In this document: positions 56,622-64,000 of the stretch, piece by piece | Position numbering within the stretch: position 1 is the stretch's first letter | Layout: every line of letters starts with the position of its first letter | Source of the DNA: Alphaproteobacteria bacterium | Lineage (GTDB): Bacteria > Pseudomonadota > Alphaproteobacteria > UBA2966 | Assembly: GCA_964291395.2 (NCBI GenBank) | Contig: OZ219858.1 | Coordinates: forward strand, 512,001-576,000 | DNA: 64,000 bases | Direction: 5' to 3' | The notes under the pieces: model-generated | The model's database searches: none | The model's input: the letters and a program-made list of their open reading frames with translations, nothing else | Told to the model about the DNA's origin: nothing | Program-made: the position numbers and the translations under genes

Positions 56622-57509
56622 CTAACGTTCCCGGTCCGTTGCCATCGGCGCCTCGAGCGGGATTTCCATGAGGTCCTCGCCGAAGAAGAGATTCCCCTTG
56701 TAGACCTTGCCCATGTCGCGCAGCACCTTCTCGCGCAGGCCGGGCTCGTCCATCTGCTTCAGTACATGGCTGACGACGAGGTTTTTCACGCCGGCGGCCT
56801 GTCCGACCTCCGCGACCTCCATGTGGCCGGCCACGCCCTTGGCGAAGGCCTTGCTGGGCTCCGTACCCGACAGATAATGGGTCATGTAGACCATGACGTC
56901 CGCGCCCTTCGCGAGTTTCTTCATGGCGTTGCAAGGGCCGCAGTCGCCCGAGTACACGAACGAGCCGTCGTCGGTGTCGAGGCGGAAGCCGTAGGAGATC
57001 AGATACGGCTGCACGTGCGGCACCGAGGTCGCGCGCACGGCCCAGCCGTTTCCCCTTATCACCTGACCGCTGCGGATCTCCGTGACCTCCGGATTGGGCT
57101 TCTTGCGCTTTCCCTTGCCGCCGCGCGACTCGTAGACGTCGATCGAGACCTGATGCTTGGTGCGGGCTTCGAGATCGGGGCCGAACACGCCGTTCTTGCC
57201 GATGATCGCCCGGGTCATGCGCTTCGTGTGCGGCGGGCCGTAGACCTTGAGCTCGGGAATCGTTCCCGCGCCCTGATCCCAGTGGGTCATCAGCAGGCGC
57301 ATGTAGTCGAGGCAGTGGTCATAGTGGAGGTGGCTGAAGAACACGTGGGTCACGTCGACCGCGCGTTTGCCCGCCTCCATCATGCGGTGATAGGCCCCGG
57401 GTCCGTGGTCGAAGAGAATGACGTCGTCGCCGACCTCGACCATGTAGCCGGAGCTCATGCGCTTGAGCGATGGCGCGGGCGTCCCCGTGCCGAGCAGTGT
57501 TATCTTCAT
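56622..57509 (-). CDS. MBL-fold metallohydrolase (RNase Z/AtsA-like), paralog B
   Basis: Same motifs and same 295-aa length as 55724-56611. Confidence 0.88.
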   Translation of the reverse strand: MKITLLGTGTPAPSLKRMSSGYMVEVGDDVILFDHGPGAYHRMMEAGKRAVDVTHVFFSHLHYDHCLDYMRLLMTHWDQGAGTIPELKVYGPPHTKRMTRAIIGKNGVFGPDLEARTKHQVSIDVYESRGGKGKRKKPNPEVTEIRSGQVIRGNGWAVRATSVPHVQPYLISYGFRLDTDDGSFVYSGDCGPCNAMKKLAKGADVMVYMTHYLSGTEPSKAFAKGVAGHMEVAEVGQAAGVKNLVVSHVLKQMDEPGLREKVLRDMGKVYKGNLFFGEDLMEIPLEAPMATDRER

Positions 57510-57804
57510 CTCCCGTTTCCCTCCCGACGCGAAGCGGTCCGATTTACGTCCACTATCCAAAGCCGGACGCAGGAACGCAAGGTTTCGCCGCCGCGCGTGC
57601 CGCACGGGAGAGGTGCGGGGAAGATCAGGTTCGGACATGGATGAGACGCGGCGCTCGAAGGAGGACTCCAGTTCCCCCCTGTCAAGGGGGAATGAGACCG
57701 TCACGGGCCGACCGGTGCCCGGCTCGAGAGACCCCCGCCTCATACGTCCTGAACCGGGACGCCCGGTTGACCGTCACGGGTGCCGCCGCCACGATGCCGC
57801 ACCC

Positions 57805-58967
57805 ATGACCGGAACCGCCGTTCCCATCCGCCAGACCATCGCCGACATTCCGACCTCGGCCATTCGCCGGATCGCCACCATCGGGATGCAGATGGATGAC
57901 GTCATCCCGCTCTGGTTCGGCGAACCCGATGCGCCGACACCGGACTTCATCGCCGAGGCCGGCGCGAGAGCCCTGCGGGAAGGCAGGACCCGGTACACCC
58001 TCAACCGGGGCATCCCGGAACTGCGCGCCGCCCTCGCCGCGTACATGGAGGCCTCTACGGCAAGACGGTCGATGTCGAGCGCGTCACCGTGACGGCGTCG
58101 GCCATGAACGCCATCGCCTTGATCATGCAGTGCCTCATCGATCCCGGGGACAACGCCGTGATGGTCGGGCCGCTGTGGCCGAACATTCCCGCGTGCGCCC
58201 GCATCATGGGCGGCGAGGTGCGGGAGATCGCCCTGACGCCCGGCGAGGAACGTTGGACCCTCGACCTGGACCGTCTGTTCGACGCCGCCGACGAGCGGAC
58301 CCGGGGCGTGCTGGTGAATTCGCCGAGCAACCCGACGGGGTGGGTCATGTCGCGCGACGAGCAGAAAGCCGTCCTCGACTTCTGCCGCAAGCGGGGGATC
58401 TGGGTCATCGCCGACGAGGTCTACGATCGGATCGTTTACGAAGGGACTTTCGCCCCGTCGTTCCTGGAGATCGCGCAACCGGAGGATCTGGTCCTGCGCG
58501 TCAACTCGTTCTCGAAGTCCTGGGCCATGACGGGCTGGCGGCTCGGCTGGATCACCGCGCCGGCGGCGTTCGGACCCGTCATCGAGAAGATGACGGAATT
58601 CAATGTCGCCAATGCCCCGTCGGTGGCCCAGTACGCGGGCATCGCGGCGCTTGCCGAGGGCGAGCCCTTCATCCGCGACACGGTCGGCCGCTATCGCGCC
58701 GCCCGCGATCTGACCTATCAGCGGCTGGGCTCGATGCCGCGCGTGCGCCTCTCCCTGCCGCGGGGTGCCTTCTATGCCTTCCTCGCGGTGGACGGCGTCA
58801 CCGATTCGCTCGCCTTTGCGGAGGACATGCTGCGCCGGACTCGCGTCGGCCTGGCGCCGGGAATCGCCTTCGGGCCACGAAGTGAAGGGTATCTCAGGCT
58901 ATGTTTCGCGAGTGCTCTCGACACGTTGTCCGCGGGATTCGACAGGATCGAGCCGTTGATGTCGTGA
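57805..58967 (+). pseudogene. Class I/II PLP aminotransferase (aspartate aminotransferase-like), frameshifted near 58050
   Basis: The N-terminal part (LWFGEPDAPTP...YT..RGIPELR) and the C-terminal part (NSPSNPTG, ADEVY, NSFSKSWAMTGWRLG, GAFY, LRLCF) are in different frames. Confidence 0.75.
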
Positions 58968-59076
58968 GGCTTCCCGCCGGTTGTCGGCATCCGCGGTCGT
59001 GAAAGTCGGCAGGGCACGGCCATTCCGTGCCATGATGCAACTCTCGATAGTTTGCCAAGCGGCGGGGAGGACGGTC

Positions 59077-59373
59077 ATGGCTACCTACATCGTGTTGTCG
59101 AAGTTCACGCAACAGGGCGTTCAGAACATCAAGGATTCGCCCAAGCGGCTCGCCGCGGACAAACGGCTCGCCAAGAGCCTCGGCGGCCGGATCCGTTCGT
59201 TCTACATGACGATGGGGTCGTACGACGTGGTCGCCGTGCTCGAGTTGCCGGACGACGACGCGGCGGCGACGTTCGCGCTCCAGATGGGGCGGTCGGGGAA
59301 CGCCAGCACCGAGACGCTCAAAGCGTTTCCCGAGGCCGACTACCGGAAGATCATCGGCAGCCTGCCGGAGTAG
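59077..59373 (+). CDS. GYD domain-containing protein
   Basis: MATYIVLSKFTQQG...LGG...YMTMGSYDVV...TETLKAF. GGAGG RBS. Confidence 0.88.
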   Translation: MATYIVLSKFTQQGVQNIKDSPKRLAADKRLAKSLGGRIRSFYMTMGSYDVVAVLELPDDDAAATFALQMGRSGNASTETLKAFPEADYRKIIGSLPE

Positions 59374-59442
59374 CCGTCCGGATCTTCTCGCTCCTGAGGG
59401 AAATGCGGCGCCGGGGCGGCAAGGCGCCGCGTCCCGGATATC

Positions 59443-60645
59443 CTACCGGTGGGCGGCCAGCGGGAATTCCGCTTGTCCATCCTCTGCCGTGAGCGATGCG
59501 AGCGCGGCGGTGACGCCGCCGCTCCGATGAGGAACGCCGGCGGCGGAGAGGCCCATCTCGACGCCGGCCAGCGTGCCGGACAACATGAGCTCGTTGAGAT
59601 CACCCAGGTGTCCGATCCGGAATACCTTGCGCGCGAGCCGGCCCAGGCCGTTGCCGAGTGACAGGTCATAGCGGTCCAGAACCCGGGCGCGGAACTCGTC
59701 CGCATCGTGGCCGCCCGGCATGACCACCGCGGTCACCGTGCTGCTGGCCCGGCGTTCATCGGCGCACTGAAGCTCGAGACCCCAGTGCGCGACCGCCGCG
59801 CGAGTGGCGGCGGCCAGACGCCGGTGCCGGTCGAACACGTTGTCGAGTCCCTCCTCGTCGAGCATGGCCAACGCCTCCCGCAGGCCGAACAGGAGGTTCG
59901 TCGCCGGGGTATACGGAAACGCGCCCCGCATGTTGTCGGCGATGATCGGCTTCCAATCCCAGTAGGAACGGGGCAACCGGGCTTGCTCGGACGCCGCGAG
60001 GGCTTTCTCGCCGACGGCGTTGAACCCCAGTCCCGGGGGCAGCATCAGGCCCTTCTGGGATGCGCCGACCGTGACGTCGACCCCCCAGTCCTCGTGACGA
60101 TAGTCCATGGAGGCAAGGGACGAGATGGTATCGACCATCAACAGCGCCGGATGGCGGACGTCGTCGATCGCGCGGCGGACGGCGGGGATGTCCGTTGTTG
60201 CGCCGGTGGACGTTTCATTGTGCAGAACCGCGACGGCCTTGATCGTGTGATCGGCGTCCTCGCCCAGACGCGCGCCGATCGCCGCCGGGTCGGCACCGCC
60301 ACGCCAGTCTCCCGGAAGAAACGTCACGTCGAGGCCGAGGCGTTCGGCAAGCGCACGCCAGGCCGATGCGAAATGGCCGGTTTCGAACATGAGCACGCGA
60401 TCTCCGGGCGAAAGCACGTTCACCAGCGCCGCCTCCCAGGCGCCGGTTCCGGAGGACGGATAAACGATGACCGGAGCGGCGGTTCCAAAGATGCGCCTCA
60501 ATCCGTCCAGCACCTCGCCGGCCAGCCGCGAAAATTCCGGTCCCCGGTGGTCGATGGTGGGTTGCGCGATGGCACGGAGGATCCGCTCCGGGACGTTGGT
60601 GGGCCCCGGGATCTGCAGGAAGTGTCGGCCGCCGCCGCGTGACAT
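59443..60645 (-). CDS. sgaA: Serine-glyoxylate aminotransferase-like class V aminotransferase
   Basis: GRHFLQIPGPTNVP, DHRGPEF, SSGTGAWEAAL, HNETSTG, DTISSL, SQKGLMLPPG, FPYTP, FRIGHLGD. Confidence 0.8.
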   Translation of the reverse strand: MSRGGGRHFLQIPGPTNVPERILRAIAQPTIDHRGPEFSRLAGEVLDGLRRIFGTAAPVIVYPSSGTGAWEAALVNVLSPGDRVLMFETGHFASAWRALAERLGLDVTFLPGDWRGGADPAAIGARLGEDADHTIKAVAVLHNETSTGATTDIPAVRRAIDDVRHPALLMVDTISSLASMDYRHEDWGVDVTVGASQKGLMLPPGLGFNAVGEKALAASEQARLPRSYWDWKPIIADNMRGAFPYTPATNLLFGLREALAMLDEEGLDNVFDRHRRLAAATRAAVAHWGLELQCADERRASSTVTAVVMPGGHDADEFRARVLDRYDLSLGNGLGRLARKVFRIGHLGDLNELMLSGTLAGVEMGLSAAGVPHRSGGVTAALASLTAEDGQAEFPLAAHR

Positions 60646-60686
60646 GGCGGCCTATTGTGCACCCACCGGGCCGGAGTTGCGAAACA

Positions 60687-60706
60687 TTCCGTGACGTTCC
60701 GTGACG
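60687..60706. repeat. 10-bp tandem repeat (TTCCGTGACG)x2
   Basis: Read directly, about 40 bp upstream of the sgaA start. Confidence 0.6.
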
Positions 60707-60782
60707 GTTCGACCCCGGCTTGCCCGCGCTTGCGCGAGCCCTGCGGCCGGCGGACTCCGACCGGCAAGTGATTTTTTTGGAG

Positions 60783-60827
60783 TTCGGGGGTGCCAGAAGC
60801 GAAATTTGGGGGTGCCAGAAGCGAAAT
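60783..60827. repeat. 22-bp-period tandem direct repeat
   Basis: GGGGGTGCCAGAAGCGAAAT at 60786-60805 and again at 60808-60827. Confidence 0.85.
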
Positions 60828-60969
60828 AAGGACATAGAGTCGGCGGCTCAGCCAGAGTAGTCCGTCATCCGCCCGAATGGCGGTCCGGATGACGGCGTTC
60901 AACACGGCGCAATGTGCGTTCATCAGCCCCGGGGTCATCGCAGCCGGGTGCATGAGGGGAGGAGCAGAA

Positions 60970-62148
60970 ATGCTGAAGTTCAAAGGTCTCCGGAAAGAGA
61001 AGAAAACGGCCCCGCCCGAAAGCGCGGGTCGGGATCGTCGTCGCTTTCTGAAGGGCGGCGCCACGGCCGCCGCCGCCGCGGCGACCGCGGCCGTGGCGTT
61101 CCCGCAAGTCTCCAGGGCCCAGACGGTGACCCTGAAGATGCAGTCCTCGTGGGGCGCGACCAGCCCGTTCCAGGAAATGGCCAAGCAGTACGTCGACCGC
61201 GTCGAGGCGATGGCCGGCGGGCGGCTTAAGATCGACCTGTTGCCGGCGGGCGCCGTCGTCAAGGCGTTCCAGGTGCAGGACGCCTGTCACAGCGGCGTGC
61301 TCGACGCCGCCCATACGGTGACGGCCTATTGGTACTCGAAGAACAAGGCCGCCTCGCTGTTCGGCACGGGCCCCGTGTTCGGCGCCAACGCCTCGCAGAT
61401 AATGGCCTGGATTCACTTCGGCGGGGGCAAGGAGCTCCTGACCGAGCTGCAGCAGGACATCCTCAAGCTCGACATCCTCAGCTTCTTCGCCATGCCCATG
61501 CCGACGCAACCGCTGGGCTGGTTCAAGGAGCACATCAAGAGCGTCGATCAGCTCAAGGGCCTCAAGTACCGCACGGTGGGCCTCGCGACCGACATCATGC
61601 AGGGCATGGGCCTCAAGGTGACCCAGCTTCCGGGCGGCGAGATCATGCCGGCCCTGGAGAAGGGCGTGATCGAGGCGTTCGAGTTCAACAACCCGACGGC
61701 CGACAGCCGGTTCGGGGCGCAGGACGTCTCCAAGCACTACCACATGGGCAGCTACCACCAGGCGGCGGAGTTCTTCGAGATCATCTTCAGCAAGACGAAG
61801 TTCAACTCGCTGCCGAAGGAGCACCAGGCGATCCTCGAGTACGGCGCCGAGGCCGCGAACACGGCCAACTACGGCTGGGCCATGGACCAGTACTCCAAGG
61901 ACCTCCAGTGGCTCATGGCCGATCCGCAGAACGTGAACGTCTACCGCACCGACCAGTCGATCATGGACGCCCAGCTCAAGTCCTGGGACAAGGTGCTCGA
62001 GAAGCTCATGGAGACGGATCCCTTCTTCAAGAAGGTGGTCGAGAGCCAGAGGGCGTGGTCGGAGCGAGTGGCGTTCTACGATCTCGTGAACTCGGCCGAT
62101 TACAAGCTGGCCTACGAGCACTACTTCCCGGGCAAGCTGCCCTTCTAG
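60970..62148 (+). CDS. TRAP transporter solute-binding protein (TakP/alpha-keto-acid type), Tat-exported
   Basis: Tat signal RRRFLKG, GGRLKIDLLPAGAVV, QPLGWF, GLKYRTVG, LPGGEI.PALEKGVIEAFE. Confidence 0.92.
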   Translation: MLKFKGLRKEKKTAPPESAGRDRRRFLKGGATAAAAAATAAVAFPQVSRAQTVTLKMQSSWGATSPFQEMAKQYVDRVEAMAGGRLKIDLLPAGAVVKAFQVQDACHSGVLDAAHTVTAYWYSKNKAASLFGTGPVFGANASQIMAWIHFGGGKELLTELQQDILKLDILSFFAMPMPTQPLGWFKEHIKSVDQLKGLKYRTVGLATDIMQGMGLKVTQLPGGEIMPALEKGVIEAFEFNNPTADSRFGAQDVSKHYHMGSYHQAAEFFEIIFSKTKFNSLPKEHQAILEYGAEAANTANYGWAMDQYSKDLQWLMADPQNVNVYRTDQSIMDAQLKSWDKVLEKLMETDPFFKKVVESQRAWSERVAFYDLVNSADYKLAYEHYFPGKLPF

Positions 62149-62179
62149 CGCGGCGGCCGGGAAAGATTTGCGATAGGCG

Positions 62180-62208
62180 CGGGGCGGCGTCCGTACGGCG
62201 CCGCCCCG
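62180..62208 (+). other. Intercistronic GC-rich stem-loop after the TRAP binding-protein gene
   Basis: CGGGGCGGCG...CGCCGCCCCG, 10-bp stem; likely mRNA-stabilising. Confidence 0.5.
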
Positions 62209-62307
62209 TTCGCGTCCGGCCGTGATCCGCGGCAGGCGCGCGCGCTCCGGATCTCGCGGCGACTCGGAGCAAGAGAGCACGGGAGCAGGCGTCTCCAGTA
62301 CTTCGGC

Positions 62308-62916
62308 ATGGACCGGTTCATCTTCTTCGTAGACAGCTTCACCGCCTGGGTCGGCAAGGCCTTCGCCTGGTGCATCCTCATCCTGACGTTCGGCGTCGCC
62401 TACGAAGTCTTCGTGCGTTACGCGCTGCGCGACCCGACGTCATGGGCCTTCGACCTCAGCTACATGATGTACGGGACCCTGTTCATGATCGGCGGCGCCT
62501 ACACCCTGGCGCGTGACGGTCACGTGCGGGGCGACGTTCTGTTCCGGCTGTGGAAACCGAAGGTGCAGGCAACCATCGAGCTCTCCCTTTATTTCCTGTT
62601 CTTCTTCCCGGGAATCCTCGCGTTCATCATCGCCGGCGCCGATTACGCGGGCGAGTCCTGGTCCTACAACTACGGACGGGGCGAGGTCAGCATCAACAGC
62701 CCGGCCAACGTGCCGATCTCGCAGTTCAAGACCATCATTCCCGTCGCCGGCTCGCTGCTGCTCCTGCAGGGCGTCGCGCAGGTGTTCCGCTGCATCATCT
62801 GCCTGCGCACGGGGGCGTGGCCGGCCCACCTCGAGGACGTCGAGGAACTGGAGAAGGTGCTCCAGGAGCAGCACGAAGAGGGGCTGCTGGACGCGTCCGA
62901 GGGAGCCGCCCGATGA
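62308..62916 (+). CDS. TRAP transporter small permease (DctQ-like)
   Basis: YEVFVRY...PTSWAFD, GAYTL..GHVRGD, four TM segments. Confidence 0.92.
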   Translation: MDRFIFFVDSFTAWVGKAFAWCILILTFGVAYEVFVRYALRDPTSWAFDLSYMMYGTLFMIGGAYTLARDGHVRGDVLFRLWKPKVQATIELSLYFLFFFPGILAFIIAGADYAGESWSYNYGRGEVSINSPANVPISQFKTIIPVAGSLLLLQGVAQVFRCIICLRTGAWPAHLEDVEELEKVLQEQHEEGLLDASEGAAR

Positions 62917-64000
62917 GCAATCCGGAAGTCGCGGTGCTCATGCTGGGCATCTTCATCCTGACCATCATGTTGGGATTCCCGATCTGCTTCACCCTGATGG
63001 CGATGGGCATCTTCTTCGGCTACTACGCCTATTACGAGCCGGAGCGGATGCAGACCATCTTCGACAACCGGGTCTTCGATCTGCTCGTCAATCAGACCTA
63101 CTCGGTCATGGCCAACGACGTGCTCGTGGCCGTGCCCCTGTTCCTGTTCATGGGCTACATCGTCGAGCGGGCGAACCTCGTCGACCGATTGTTCTTCACC
63201 CTGCAGATCGCCGCCCGGCACATGCCGGGCTCCATGGCGATCGCGGCGCTCATCACCTGCACGCTGTTCGCGACGGCTTCGGGCATCATCGGCGCGGTCG
63301 TGACGCTGATGGGTCTGCTGGCCTTCCCCGCCATGCTGAAGGCCCGGTACGACACCGGCTTCTCCTCCGGGGTGATCTGCGCGGGCGGCTGCCTCGGCAT
63401 CCTCATCCCGCCGTCGATCATGCTGATCGTCTACGCGGCAGCCGCCAGCATGTCGGTGGTGCGGCTCTATGCGGGCGCCATCCTGCCGGGCCTGCTGCTG
63501 GCCGGGCTCTACATCCTCTACGTCTCGGGCCGGGCCATGCTGAACCCGAAGATCGCCCCCCCGCCGCGCCAGGAAGACGTCGAAGCCATGCGGACCGGAA
63601 ACGTCGTCATCATGATGATGACGTCGTTCTTTCCGCTGGCCTTTCTCATCCTCTCGGTGCTCGGCGCCATCCTGTTCGGATTGGCGACGCCGACCGAGGC
63701 CGCCTCCATGGGGGCGGCCGGCGGGATCGTTCTGGCGGCCGGGTATCGCATCGGCGAGATTCGCACGGGAAAGACCAAGCCGGAATGGGTGAACGAGGAC
63801 GACAGCCTGCGGCCCTACAACCCGTGGCACTACGCCCTCGGGGCCGGCGGGGTTCTGACCGTCATCCTGTACGTCGCCTATTTCCTGATCCGGATCCTGG
63901 CCAATTGGATCGCCGATGTGCCGCTGCCCACCGAGCGGACGCTGCCCTTCGCTCCCGGTGTCGCCGTCGGTATCGCGCTTGCAGTCGCCGCGGCCGTTCA
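62913..64000 (+). CDS. TRAP transporter large permease (DctM-like), runs off window
   Basis: Translated by hand from the ATG at 62913: MSNPEVAVLMLG...GFPICFTL...LVAVPLFLFMG...GCLGILIPPS...ATPTEAA. Confidence 0.9.
   Translation, partial: MSNPEVAVLMLGIFILTIMLGFPICFTLMAMGIFFGYYAYYEPERMQTIFDNRVFDLLVNQTYSVMANDVLVAVPLFLFMGYIVERANLVDRLFFTLQIAARHMPGSMAIAALITCTLFATASGIIGAVVTLMGLLAFPAMLKARYDTGFSSGVICAGGCLGILIPPSIMLIVYAAAASMSVVRLYAGAILPGLLLAGLYILYVSGRAMLNPKIAPPPRQEDVEAMRTGNVVIMMMTSFFPLAFLILSVLGAILFGLATPTEAASMGAAGGIVLAAGYRIGEIRTGKTKPEWVNEDDSLRPYNPWHYALGAGGVLTVILYVAYFLIRILANWIADVPLPTERTLPFAPGVAVGIALAVAAAV

Noticed and set aside
57655-57735. yybP-ykoY, glycine or cobalamin riboswitch
   Set aside because: Only fragmentary resemblance; the conserved cores (GGGGAGTAG, GGAGA...CTCTCAGG, CCCCGCAACTGT) are absent.
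60665-60730. tRNA-like GGTTCGACCCC T-loop
   Set aside because: No D-arm, anticodon arm or acceptor stem could be built around it.
60783-60827. CRISPR array
   Set aside because: Only two abutting copies, no spacers and no cas genes.

Overview
GC-rich bacterial chromosomal DNA, most likely Alphaproteobacteria (DUF1674-rsmB-rpe-heparinase-purH block, bioMNY, alphaproteobacterial-type Zur and TRAP genes). It is densely coding; I found no rRNA, tRNA, CRISPR array, transposase or phage gene. Layout: (1) 1-8.9 kb catabolic genes: TPP E1 alpha/beta, GST, FMN reductase, HAD dehalogenase, a divergent PanB, TauE, HpcH aldolase, D-2-hydroxyacid dehydrogenase, aldo-keto reductase. (2) 8.9-19.4 kb housekeeping block interrupted by an NDP-sugar dehydrogenase, bioMNY and an MraY/WecA-type transferase. 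(3) 19.6-38.9 kb, the main feature: two adjacent, separately regulated 'amine gamma-glutamylation plus split glutamate-synthase-like' systems related to the N-methylglutamate pathway. System I has a divergent GS-like ligase, GlxB/C/D, two unknown proteins, an Amt with altered pore residues, a small membrane protein, and a divergently transcribed FadR, nitrilase-family amidase and single-chain FAD oxidase. System II has an XRE-cupin regulator, GlxB, a GlxC-GlxD fusion, an unusual GltD/degenerate-GlxD fusion, and a typical GmaS/GlnT. (4) 39-64 kb: zur, SDR, EmrAB-type efflux, solute-binding protein, TauD, a ParE remnant, class IV and III aminotransferases around a hydantoinase/oxoprolinase pair, pyrF, mct-meh, tandem MBL hydrolases, a frameshifted aminotransferase, GYD protein, serine-glyoxylate aminotransferase and a TRAP transporter. 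All calls come from reading motifs by eye; no database search was run.
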